From: Callorhinchus milii
Lineage: Eukaryota
Direction of reading: 5' to 3'
DNA: 64,000 nucleotides
NCBI RefSeq assembly: GCF_018977255.1
Contig: NW_024704745.1
Location: 49,352,001 to 49,416,000, forward strand
Shown piece after piece: positions 25,946-37,977 of the stretch; within the stretch, counting starts at the first letter, position 1, and each line of letters begins with the position of its first letter. The notes under the pieces are model-generated. The model saw nothing but the letters and a program-made list of their open reading frames with translations, was not told the origin of the DNA and searched no databases. The position numbers and the translations under genes were made by a program.

Positions 25946-26962
25946 ATCCAGTCTGGATGGGTTTCATTTATGTCAATTATGGTAATGTATAATTAAATAA
26001 ATGTATTATATTTGTCTCAAATTAAGGAGCATTAAATCCACAACTACCACATGGGGCATTGCTGTGCACAAATTAACTGCTGCATTTGCCTACAAAATAC
26101 AGTCACGACACTTTACATTTCATCCTGTGAAAAACTTTTGAGATGTCTTAATGTGAAAGGTACTATATTAAACGTAAGCATTATTTATCACGTAGAGGGT
26201 GATTAATCTTACTGTAAAACAGACTAGTCAAGAATGTGTAGCCAAACAGCACTGACTTACAACAATTGTGTACAAATTTCTGAACCTCCCATTGCTTTGA
26301 GATAAACATCCAAGAATAACAGGTTTCACTACCAGGAAACTTATCCACCTGTGTCAGTTACTACCAGTAGTCTACAATTTCTAAGCCAGTGCGATCCATC
26401 TGGTGGTAGCTAACACATACTTCCACCAATTCTGTGGATCAGGATCAAATCTGTTGTGTTGTGCAGCTTGTTTCTCCATGTTGCTTTTTGTGCCGCTATA
26501 GTATTTGACTGTAAAGTGCAGTAAACTGTGATTCCATTCACAAAGACGGTGAGTTTTAAGGTCCTAAACCTCTGCTTTCATCTTTGAAGTGGAGTGAGTG
26601 ACAATATGAAATAGTGACTTTGTTTCCGATTTTTTGTGATATCACTAAAACAGAGATTTCATGTCACTGCCAACATATATGATTATAGTAACAGATGGAC
26701 AGCGGAGACAGACAAATGAGTTCACAGAATTAGCATTGTGTGGCTGCCAGGGAGAATATTAGTGCTGCCATTCATAATCACATGAAGGGATATATTCTCA
26801 CGTCACAATCTCACACAGGTGCACTGTAATGAATGAGGGATTGAGCGCTCATGTGAATAATCTAATTTCTCTTGGTTTGAGGGGGCAGGACAGCTGTGGG
26901 CACATCACCTTGTCCAAAATAAATCTGATATTAGTCAGACTACAAAATGAGTCAATGAAGAA

Positions 26963-27240
26963 TGTAATAATAATAATCCTTGCATTTGATATAGCGCCTT
27001 ATCATGTCTTCTAGACATTTCAAAGCTCTTCACAGAATATACTGTAAAGTGAATTGACTGTATATTTTGTGGACAAAATGCGGCAGCCAAATGCACACAG
27101 CAGTATCCCTCAAACAGTCGTGGATTGAGTGACCAAATTATTATTTATTTTTGAAAAGATTATTACCCCCAGAAAAGCAATCTGCCAATTGACTAACAAC
27201 TGTGTTCTTACTTACATCTTATCCACCCTTCGTTTTTTTT
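26963..27240 (-). mobile_element. tRNA-SINE, 5'-degraded copy
   Basis: Reverse complement of the SINE body and tail seen at 13307 and 58605. Confidence 0.75.
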
Positions 27241-27695
27241 GGTCAGCCGGGTGTCTGACAAATGCAGAAACCTATCACCATGCTTAAAAGTATCCAAACC
27301 AAACTGACAATTCCATGTATCTCACCTACACATGGAAATCCAAGAGACAGATGGTTGGAATGGAAGGTGCACTCTTTCCTAGGAGGGACATATCCTGCTT
27401 GCCTAATTCTGGAAAGTATTAGGTACAGGTTGGCAAGTGCCAAGGCTTTGGGACCCCAGAATGCAACGTTAGGATAACCAGTTAAAACCACATATCGCCC
27501 TCTTCAATTGTCTGTGAGTTCACTACCAGTTTCATGTGATATTTGAGCTTTAACTAAGATTAACAACTTCTTCAGTAGCACAGCAACAAACCTTTGCTTC
27601 TTGGATTCGACTTTTTCTGCTGAATCCTAGTATTGTACCATATCAAAACTTGTTCATGAAGTCCAGTCACAACATGGATTTCAGATATAACAATT

Positions 27696-28006
27696 TAATA
27701 ATAATAATAATCCTTGCATTTGATATAGCGCTTTTCACGGCTTCTAGATGTCTCAAAGCACTTCACAGAATAGACTGTAAAGTGAATTGACTGCATATTT
27801 GTGGGCGAAATGCGGCAGCCAATTGCGCACATCAGTGTCCCACAAACAGTCATGGATTGAACTGACTAATTTATTTATTTTTTCTTGAGGGATTATTATC
27901 AGGCGTGTGGAGTAGGAAACTTGCCCAAGGTTTCACCTTGCTGGGAATCGAACCTAGCTCTCTCGCTTGCAAAGCGGGTGTTCTAACCACTGAGCTACAG
28001 GACTCC
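27696..28006 (-). mobile_element. Full-length tRNA-derived SINE
   Basis: Head GGAGTCCTGTAGCTCAGTGGTTAGAAC...GGTTCGATTCCC on the minus strand, same body as the 13307 copy, (ATT)n tail. Confidence 0.88.
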
Positions 28007-30211
28007 ACATTTGCACTTATATAGCGGCTTTCACACGCAGACAACTTCTCAAAGCCTTTTACAAAACAGAGTGAAATATGGAATTCCAATTCCATATCAG
28101 TATCTAAATGTCAAGGACCAAGAACAAATGAAATTGCAAGCAAAGTATCCATTATTATCATTATGTACAGGATGGGTGCCTCTGATATTAGCTACCTACA
28201 CTAAAATTTTCAAAGGGTCTCAGGTCCTTATCTGAAACATAGACAGCTGCACACTTCCAGGGGTACTTACTATTCGCCCCAACTCAGTATTGTTTTTCAC
28301 AAAAAATATATATCTTGTAATGTAACACATAACAATCTAACTACACATATACGTAACGCGTCACCCAAGAGTGTGTTCTGCCATTTTTCTTCACAAATAG
28401 TAATGCTTTTTTATTTAATATACCTTTTCATGTAGCATTCACAAAGTAAAATAAAACCATTGCCTTGATCATGCTTTCTTGGGCTGTTTTTTTAAATAAA
28501 AATTACCTATCCCTGACTCCCTCAGTTTTCCATTCTCCTGCACATTTTCCTCTCTGGTTGGCTCAGTGAATGGACTTGATGCAGATTCTCTTTTTTTCAG
28601 ATTAAGGAACTCCTTGAACATGTCTGGAAAGCATATCATTTGAAGAGTGAGGCTCCAGGTGAATGACATAAGATTGACAGTGGGAAAATCAGTTCTCCTG
28701 AAAGTTAACTGTTGTTAATTGTCTGATGGCTGGTGACCCTAACTGAAAGCAGATTATGAACTGACATCCCACCACACCAAGTGGGAACTTGCTCATCTTC
28801 TGAGTGCCTACATTACCAGCTTGTATATTGTCCCAAACCAGGATTGTGGCCAGGAAAAAAATGGATCAGTTGCATAGACTTTGAATGGAGGGAAGCACAT
28901 CAGCACATTCTCCCCAACAACTGAGCAAACTCATGCCATGTGTGGATCATTAGTTGGGTATGGTGCAAGGTATTCATGCTGGGTATCTTTGCTATTAGTA
29001 TAAAGGGAGGTTCGATGAATCATTCCAGCACTCCTTCCATTCTGAATAACACCTGTACATCCCTAGTCTGTCTTCAGGGGGCAGAAAGCAGAATATGAGC
29101 TGACATCCCACTGTATGGTGTGATAGACGATATCTGGGTATCAGCCTGGTTCCGTTTTTTGGTTGCATTCCTGCTTCACCTTTGAGCCAAAAAGTTGTGG
29201 TTTGGGCAGGCGATTAATCATACATACACTGCAGTAATATAGCTGTGCCGTACAGATTATCAAGGATAAAAACAGTGTGGCCAACATTATATGCACTTCA
29301 ATGAGCAATTGTTGGAATTTGTGTGGGTGCAACTTTTTGGGTTATAGAATAGCCTTAACCACTGAAACCTTGCTGGAAACCCACAGGGCTTGGGTAGAAG
29401 TGATCATCTATTTTAACATAGTGCTTACAGTCTGTCCGGCAGTCCAAAGATTTGTTTTAAAAAATACAATGTGTATTTTTATATTAGCCATGGCAATATA
29501 AAGGCCTCAAATGTTTGTAAAGGAGAAGAAAGCTGCATTTAATTTGTACTTTCATTGTATGATTAATACGACCTGCAAAATCACACAGCCAAGGTTACAG
29601 GACAACTTCATTTAACAAAGGTCATGCTGCAAGAGGTGGGGGATGGCATTGATAGAAATATGTTTTATGTGCATAAGGCCCCATCACTGCTTATCATTTT
29701 CATGTTAATAGACTAAGATGCCACACAATACTTAGGTTGGCTCAAATGGTAAATGGAGCAGTCCACACAGACAACAGGGAGCAAAGCTTCCCTTGCCCTA
29801 GATACTTCCAGGCTTTAGACAGACAAAATTGTATTTCTGCATCAAACCCCTCCTATTCCTTGAAGTTTCCATTTGTCAGTAATTTTTGAAGGAAAGAGGC
29901 AGTGCACACACCACATTCTCCCCACCATCTGACACAGCAGTACAGTAAAGATTATAAAGTGTACTCGATAAGGTGAGGTATGAAGTATGAGTAGCTGCAG
30001 AGGGTCTACCTGTGGTAGGACAAAGACCAAATAACTGGGATAAACATATAAATCATATGTGTAAAATTTTCAGTCATGCCTCGACCAGATACATCTGTTG
30101 TTGCCACACACCAAAATCATGAATGCGACAACAAATTGCTTTTATATTGTGCTTTTCACATCCCAAGGTGCTTATCAGTTGAGAGTTTGCATTCGATCTG
30201 GGGGTTGGATT

Positions 30212-30515
30212 CAACAAGAAGATTACATTTCACGTCGGGAGGATGTCCCAAGGTGCTGGACAGAGCACAGCATTTAGAATGGGGTTGGGGGCGGTGGCAA
30301 GATGACCGAAGGCACGCTCAAAGAGGTCTTGAGACAAATCTTGAAGGAGGCAAGGGGTGAGGTGAAGAACTCCAAGATAAAGTTCCAGAGGATGGAGGCA
30401 GAAGGCCCAACTGCTGATGGTGGGACAGGTAGGGTGGGGGAACGTGAAGCAAGCCAGTTCCTGCCAAGTGGAGGGAATGGGCAGCTGGGGCAAGACCGTG
30501 AAAGGCTTTAAAAGG
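30212..30515 (-). mobile_element. L2 3'-end fragment
   Basis: Diverged copy of the ORF2 C-terminus and 3' stem-loop tail. Confidence 0.75.
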
Positions 30516-31698
30516 ATAAGTAGCTTGAAATCGGAAGTAAGCTGGAACCTGAATCCATCATGTAAGTTTTCAAACCTATCCGTGCTTTATTTAAACTTCA
30601 TGGTTATATCATTGCTGATCAAGCTTTTCTGAATTCACTGATATTCTTTTTGTTGTTAAAGCTTCTGAATCGCATTTTCTAGTCAGCAGTGGCCAAAGCA
30701 TTTTCAGTCAAGTAGAAATTATCTGCAAAAGGTAGTCTCACACCAGTTAGGATGCCCATTGGATGTACTGTAAATTCAACTTGTATGAAACACCACCAGA
30801 AAGATAGGCTTTAAAGTTTTTTTTAAAAAAGCCTTTACATTCATTTATATTTTAATAATCCGAAACAGGCTGACGAGCTTATCACAGTATTCGGTAGCTA
30901 TCGTGGTAGCATTGGCTACATCAGTCAACACTGCTCACTTTTTCCTTGTTTCCTTTTCTTTCTCATCAGAGAGCTGTAATTCTTGGGAGTATTTTCCCTT
31001 CAGCTGCACGCCTGACACTTTCAAAAACCCACCACCATTACTTACGAGCACCTAACAGATAAGAGTTCCACAGACATGCTACCTATGCTGGGAAATGTCC
31101 TTGTGTCTGGAATGAAATGCACCATCGCCTGGAGGGATAGCACCTTGTTACCTAATCCTGGAAAGTAATTGGCGCAAATTGGCTGGAGCCAAGGCTGAGG
31201 GGAGAAGCAAGTCTGCTTTTTGGAGGTACTGCTAACCAGTTAACTGGGCCACTGGCCATGCGGGAGGGGGTTGGCATATCAGGCCAAGCTTCCCCCGACT
31301 GTCCGGCAAAGGCCACCTTCACCCGTTAGGGAGGGATGAGCCAGGGTGGTCAGTTACCAGCAGTGCCCCGGGTGGACTGCAGACCCTCCACACCCCCAGC
31401 CCAGGGCTTCAGCCCCCACCTCAGAGGGGTTGGCTTGATTCTGACATTCTGTCACCTTGGAGCCAGTTCAAAGTGCTCTGAGCCCCTGTCCCCTCCGCGT
31501 GTTGGTCTATATAAATGCAAGTTGTTTGTGTTGTTCAGTTCTGGAGCCCCCGCTTCCTCCTCTCTCTCTCTCTCTCTCTCTCCCCCCTCCAAAAAAAAAT
31601 GGTGATTTATCCCATTTTGAACCAGTGCTGGTCAGTCCCTGTGGGAGCACCTCAGTCAGAGCGGCCTCTGGACAGCCTGTAACCAGGGCGTCCCTCAC

Positions 31699-31740
31699 CT
31701 GCCGCGCCGGAGCCATCTTGTGTGACGGTGCCGCCCGTGG
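31699..31740 (-). other. ZDHHC23: Probable ZDHHC23 exon 1 (5' leader); start approximate
   Basis: Lies in the CpG island; minus strand reads CAAGATGGCTCCGGCGCGGCAG|GTGAGG, a strong donor. The nearest downstream minus-strand gene is ZDHHC23, whose exon 2 has an unpaired acceptor at 15410-15409. Confidence 0.7.
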
Positions 31741-31830
31741 CCCCGGAAGTGGTTTCACTTGTTTTGATCCGCTCGCCGGAAGTGAGGGCGGGACGGCGCC
31801 GAGGTGCGGGAGGAGGAGAAGATGGCGGCG
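31700..31830. promoter_or_regulatory. CpG-island bidirectional promoter for ZDHHC23 and KLHL15
   Basis: Two ETS/GABP CCGGAAGTG sites (31743, 31776), a GC box GGGCGGG (31786) and YY1-type AAGATGGC on each strand (minus about 31712-31719, plus 31819-31829). Confidence 0.8.
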
Positions 31831-32032
31831 GCGGCTCAGAGCTGACAGCGAGCCCTGGGGTGGAGGGGTGAGGAAGCGGCCTCGACTGATCACCGCCTGG
31901 TACAAGGCCCCGGGAGCCGCGGGTCAACGAGGGCCGGAGCCTCGATGAGCTGCGGATAAACGGCGGCGGCGGCGGGGGGTCGGTTGGGCTGTGAGCGCCG
32001 GGCGGTGCCGACTGTGGCTGTTGCCGATGCTG
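31800..32032 (+). other. KLHL15: Probable KLHL15 exon 1 (5' leader); start approximate
   Basis: GC-rich sequence ending at CTG|GTGAGT, a consensus donor at 32033. Confidence 0.75.
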
Positions 32033-32397
32033 GTGAGTGAGGGCCGTGGCCGGGCCGCTGCTCCCGGGATAACTGGGTGTTTAGCGGCGGCTGTGAAATG
32101 CCCGCCTTCCCCTGAGCCAAGAGCAGCCTTTCAGCGTGTAGCCCCCCCCCCCCACACACACACACACCCACACCCCGTGTGAGAGATAACCGGGGAGGTG
32201 AAGGTTGAAGAGTTCACAGCCCCCCCCCCCCCCCCCCCCCGCTGACTCCTTGCGGTTTCTTGCCACCTGTTCGTTTTCTAAACCGAACTTCCAAGTTATT
32301 CCATAAGATTCTTCTTTGCCCACAAAGTATACAGTCAATTCACTTTACAATGTATTCTGTGAAGGGCTTTGAGGCGCCTCTCAACGACGTGATAAGG

Positions 32398-32592
32398 CCG
32401 GTCTCGAGACCTTTCTCTTCGACCGTGCCTTCAGCTCCCCTCTCGACTCTCTACCCCCTCCTCGCCCCCTCCCTTCCCTCCCCTCACCCTGACCATTTCC
32501 CCACTGCTCGGGTCCTGACCCAACTGTCCAGCGCCCTGGGCCGTCCTCCCGACGTGAAAAGTGCTCTATAAATGAAATCTTGTTGTTGTTGT
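32398..32592 (+). mobile_element. L2 3' end nested in a SINE tail
   Basis: L2 3' sequence flanked by direct repeat TGATAAGG (32390-32397 and 32593-32600). SINE sequence lies on both sides (about 32315-32630). Confidence 0.8.
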
Positions 32593-33638
32593 TGATAAGG
32601 TGTTATATCAAATGCAAGGATTATTTATTCTTAGCCCAGAAGATGTCTATTCCCCTCGCCCCCCCCCCCCCCCCCACACACACACACATACAACACCATC
32701 TCCAAACATTTTTTGTCACATAAGTAACCTTTCACATCTGCCTATGAAGTCTGCATCTCATCTCGCTTATTGGTTTGTGCAGGAGTTGAAGAAATAACTG
32801 CTTTGTAAACTTCAAAAGATGCAGTGAAACAAAATCTCAAAATATATGCAGCAAATGCAGAGATTTTTTATTATCGCTGCGGATTTATTGTGAAATGGAA
32901 TAAAGACACAGGGCTGCGACCATGTAATAAAGCCTGCCCCAACATAAAGATGCTGTACTTTCAATATAAATTTATATTATTGGTTTAAAAGGTCAGTGTT
33001 AGTCTCGCCAGTGTTTAGGAAAATTGATTTTAGTTTTGACATAGTGCAATTTCTAAGATGCTTAATTGTCTTTAGAAACACCAAAAATAATTGACCAATG
33101 ACACATTCTGAAATGGCGAAAGTTATCGCTAGGAAGAAACTGCAATTGTTAATTGTTAATTTTTCAATAGTTGTGGTTTGGCAAACTTTTTTTCAAGAAT
33201 AATTGTATATTAGGAACATCTTCCAACATGTAATTTCATATCTTGATGATTGAGTGTAAATGCATGAAGTAAAGCTGAACCATAAGATTCTTGGTCGAGA
33301 AGATTCTTTGTTATCAGTTATAAGGGGGCTGTATAGTTAGGTTAGGGGCCTCAGGCTTGGGGGGGGGGGATTCCCCTCTACATTCAATGAATCATGGTGG
33401 AGGAGATATGTGTGCAAATACTAGGTGAGGACAGGATTGGACTCAGTAGTGCTGGCACTCACTGTCTAAGTTAGCACAATGAATGTTTGTTAAAATGCAA
33501 TAGCAGACTGGGGGTGAGAAGAAAATGGCCTCTTCCTTATGACACTCTTTCTACTGTATAAGCAATGAGCAGGTGGAACAAAATCAATACATTAACTTAT
33601 TTTGTTCTCTACTCCGAATGTTTCCTCTTTTTTTGCAG

Positions 33639-33885
33639 GAGCCACTTGCTGGTGTGGAGCCTCCTTTAGGCAGGAGTGCTGGACGATCTGGCCTGCGGAC
33701 GTCTCCACGACTGCTGTCAATGTCGCTGCGTAATCAACCCATAGAAGGTCCACTTGCAGCAGGGTGAGATAACTGTGTCAAATTTCCCCCCTTAAGAAAG
33801 AAATGTCGGCCCAACTGTAGTGCAACATTGTCAGCAAACTGGTCCAGAATGGATGATGGGCAAACCTGGAGCACAATCCATACAT
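33639..33885 (+). other. KLHL15: Probable KLHL15 exon 2 (leader), ending at 33763 or 33885
   Basis: Strong acceptor tttcctctttttttgcAG, GC-richer exon-like sequence, and candidate donors GG|GTGAGA (33764) and AT|GTATGT (33886). Confidence 0.65.
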
Positions 33886-36800
33886 GTATGTTTGAGATGC
33901 AGACAGAATGCTAGCTGAGCTCCTCGGTTACTTTTTTTTAAAAAAATGTTCTGCATTTATGGAGAGTGAAGCTGGGTTATTTGTAACTGTTGTCAATGAG
34001 AAAGTTAGCTGGGATATGGTGCTGCAAATACACTAAAAGCATGGGATTTAATGGGCCTTATTTGCTGCACATAAGGATTCAATATATAAATAATTATTCT
34101 TTGCAACATTCACGTTTTTCAAAACTTCTCTGCCACTAGCAGTTTAAAAATATGAACAGCCTACCCGAGATAACATGTCATTGCACAGGCACCTGCATAT
34201 TGGAAAGCTGTACACGACCAAATTGCCCTCTGTAACTGGACTGTAGAAAAACTGCTAGATAGTGGGTTCTCGTTTTGCATTACTCTCTCTCCTCCCCCCC
34301 CCAAGCGCGCGCGCGTGCACACACACACACACGCACACAAGTTGGTCAAGCCATAATGAGATGTGTTGAAGGGAGGTAGAGTTATACATGTTATTCAAGT
34401 GTCTGAACTTCCTGATCCTTCATTGTGGGGCACCATTCACAGAAGGCTGTCTATATTTTAAATGTGTGGCTGGAAGAGGCACAGAGGCTTAGGGAAGTGG
34501 GAACAGAGTGAATGATGCGGGAAACCATTATTGATGCACCTGAAATTCTTCCAAGGATACACAAACCATGATTTTGTAAGCAAATATGATTTTGTAAGCA
34601 ATGTTTTGTAAGCAAATATGGTTGTTTGCAAACACAGAGTGCTATTAATACAGTTAGTTTACTTTGTTCGCATTTGCACCCACAAATAATACAGTCCCCA
34701 CATTTTAGAGTAAATTCTGTGAAGTGCTTTGAGATGTGTCCTATAACAAATGTAAAGATTATTATTATGCTATATTGTTTTGCTCATGATAGAGCTGAAT
34801 CAGCTTGGGAGGAAAGTAAAAACATCTTTCTAATCTAAATGAAAATAAATGTTCACTCAAGTGATCGTCCTAAGGATTTAATATTTAAAAACAATTAAAT
34901 TATAAGTTTAGCTGCAATTTCATAACAATATTGCATGTCTTTCAATCCTAGAATGATGAGCACAAAAAATGAGAAAATGCTCATTGTTTCCAATCATTGC
35001 TATCCATTTATTTTGAAGGATTTTTTACTGGAAAAGCAATCCCCCAATCGATTAACAACCAGGTTCCTACTTACTGCTAGGTAAACAGAGGCATGATCCA
35101 AACCCTCCACCGTCTCTTTCCAAGTGACAAAGCCCTTGAGCATATCACCCTTTCCTCTTAGGCCTATCACATACGTATTGGAATTAAGATAGTGATGCTT
35201 TGCTACAATTGCTCAAACAACTGAATTGTGTTTGCATATTGTTTGAAGATGCCTTTGGAGTCAGTTATGATGTCTATTGTGGTTAATTGGCCTGATAATA
35301 TTGTGTGTAGGCTTATTTGTAAAGACTGGCTGCTTGAGTGAGGCTACCACAACTATGGAACCATGTTCCAGCAGGTTTTCCTATTGCAAGGTCCTAAAAC
35401 TGGGCATGAGGTGATTGACCAATTTATTTGGAGGATTGTTAGCCAGTACACTGGGGAAATTTCCTGTTCTTTATGAGTAATGACTTGAGGTCTTTAATGT
35501 CCACCTGAAAGGGCAGGAGGGAGTTTGATATACTTTCTTCTGAAGGACAGCGCCTCTGACAATCTAACCTTCATCCAATATTGCATTGGAGTGTGAGCCT
35601 CGAGTCCGAGCTGAATTATATTCTTCAGGAGAGTCGAGGAGGGAAAAAACTTGTGTGGAGCCCACCCACCAACTCACTCCCTGCTCGTCAGGCATTGGCC
35701 TGCTTCATATCTCCTGTGCTTTCTGTCCCACCATTGGCAGTCAGGCCTTCAGCCTTTCTGCCCCTGCTCTCTGGAACTTGATCCAGTCTGTTCACCTTGC
35801 TCCCTCCCTTGTCTCTTTCGAGGTTTGTGTGAGACCTTCCTGTTTGACTTGTGGCTTTGGTGATCTTTGTACTTTTTCCATGATTGCATTTGAGAATACA
35901 GGTATGAGCATTGAGGGAGAAGTTTTAATGGATGTCGGATGCAATCTAATACACATAAAATATTCTGTGATTTTCCATTATAGTTTAAATCAATCCAGAA
36001 GTTTTGATTTTTTGGCAAATTCACTGTTGTCTCTTTTATTGGGCTTCAGCCAGGATTGCTGCTCATATTAATACTTTGTGACCCTCATGGAAATGAATAC
36101 ATGTGGACATGATGTGTTTTGTTTTTGCCTTCTCTGTGATCTCCCCATAAAGTACATCTTATCTAGCGTTCAGAGTTTGAATTCGACTCTATTGTTTTGT
36201 GATGGCCTCAGTGAGCAGCTTTACATGTAAAATGGTAAATGCTACACAGGTTTCCTTGCTTTAGGGAAACTCATATCTACTGAGGAGAGTAGAGGAGGGA
36301 AGAAACTTGGGTGGACCCCACCCACCAACTTACTCCCTGTTTGCCAGGCACTGGCCTGCTTCATATGTCCTTTCTGTCCCATCATCGGTAATCGGTTCAG
36401 CACATATGATGGTTTGTGCCGTCAGTTATGTGCACTCGAACTATCATTTCTAAATTTAACCTGTATGTACCTTATCATTTTTGCTTAAAAACTGCAGGCA
36501 ATGCTATCTGTTGTGTTGGCTACCGTGCTTACCAACAATCTTCCAGATTAATTAATCAACCTCATGGTTGATTGTGGTATCTTGCTGGTGTAAATGGCTG
36601 CTTGTTTAGCTACAAAATCACTACACTCACTATGGGTAATTACCTGTGATGCACTTTGAGACATTTTGACAACATAAAGTGCTATTAAAGCAATTATTTT
36701 GTTCTTAACGGGAAAGGCGTTGGAAGATAGAAAAGAAACTTTATGACACTTCTAAGAGTTGGAAGAGAAGCTTAGGCCAGTTTCCTCTTCTCAGCAGTTG

Positions 36801-37977
36801 AAGCTAGAATCTGCTCTCAGTATTTTCAATGACCTGGCTAGGATTTCAACTTTTTAATAATTCAAATTGCAGCAGGCTTGTCACTGTTTTTCCTTTTTGG
36901 TGAGGCAGTGTGTTGGTCTGGATTTAAGATTGTAGTTGATTGTACGTTGCAACTTTGATTCAGCAATCTTTTTCCTGTGACATTCTTATACTGTTCTCAC
37001 TTTTGTGGTGAGACTGATGTCTTGGATCACATCGTAATTTGATATAAGCTCTGCAATTTTGAAACATGTCAAACTGCTTCACAGGTATTTGCTGTTAAAT
37101 GAAAACACAACAGCCAATTTGTGCACAAAGTCCCACAAACAGCCATGATTTGAATGACCAATTTATCTGGAGAATTGTTGGCCAAGAAACTCCCTATTCT
37201 TTCGAATAGTGCCATAGGGTCTTTAATATAGTCTTGAACAGGAAAACTGGACTTTCATTTCTACAGAACTCGCTAGAACTAAACTGGAGCATTCCATTTT
37301 AATGTTTACCAGCCAATGAAATGTTGTATATAAAGTTTTACTTGCCTCAAACCCCTGGCAAATAGCATTTCAAACTGGTATTGTTTATTGATCAAGTATT
37401 TCATCTGCACTTTGTGATATCAATTGTCACTGACTTTCTTCATGTGAATTGAATATCAGATGTCTACAATGTGAATACAAAAATAACTTGATTTGTTTAA
37501 TTGACTGGTTCCCTATATGTTGTGACAAAAGGCATCGATGCTTTGTGATTGAGTCTATCAACTCTGGGGGTGTTAGAGAGTCACATTTGTTTCCAAATCT
37601 GTGACACTTTCCGAGACCTTAAATAGGAAGATTTATACACTTTCAGTGATTCCAAGGACTTGATGATTTTCTTTAAACATTACTCAAACAGTTTGTCATT
37701 TTACCATCTGTACTTTGACTATCATTTTTACTATTTCATAAACGTTTTAAATTCTTGAAGCTTTTGAATCTTACCGATTGATTTAGCTGGCGTGGCTTTT
37801 TAAATGTGAAATTAACCAGCATTATTCATAGTCAAAGTGTAGACTTGTGGATTTATCCATTACATGTACAAAAAACATGAGCAGTTAGTTGGGTTTGATT
37901 CCTAAACGTAGATTTTGATTTACAGTTGCTCTTTGAACTGTCCTAAGGTTTCTTGTTTTGTTTCTTTCAGGTTATTA

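Noticed and set aside
37915-37977. N-terminal MIYSCSLNCPKVSCFVSFR of the 270-aa ORF as part of KLHL15
   Set aside because: Mostly intronic polypyrimidine tract upstream of the 37971 acceptor, with a TTG start.
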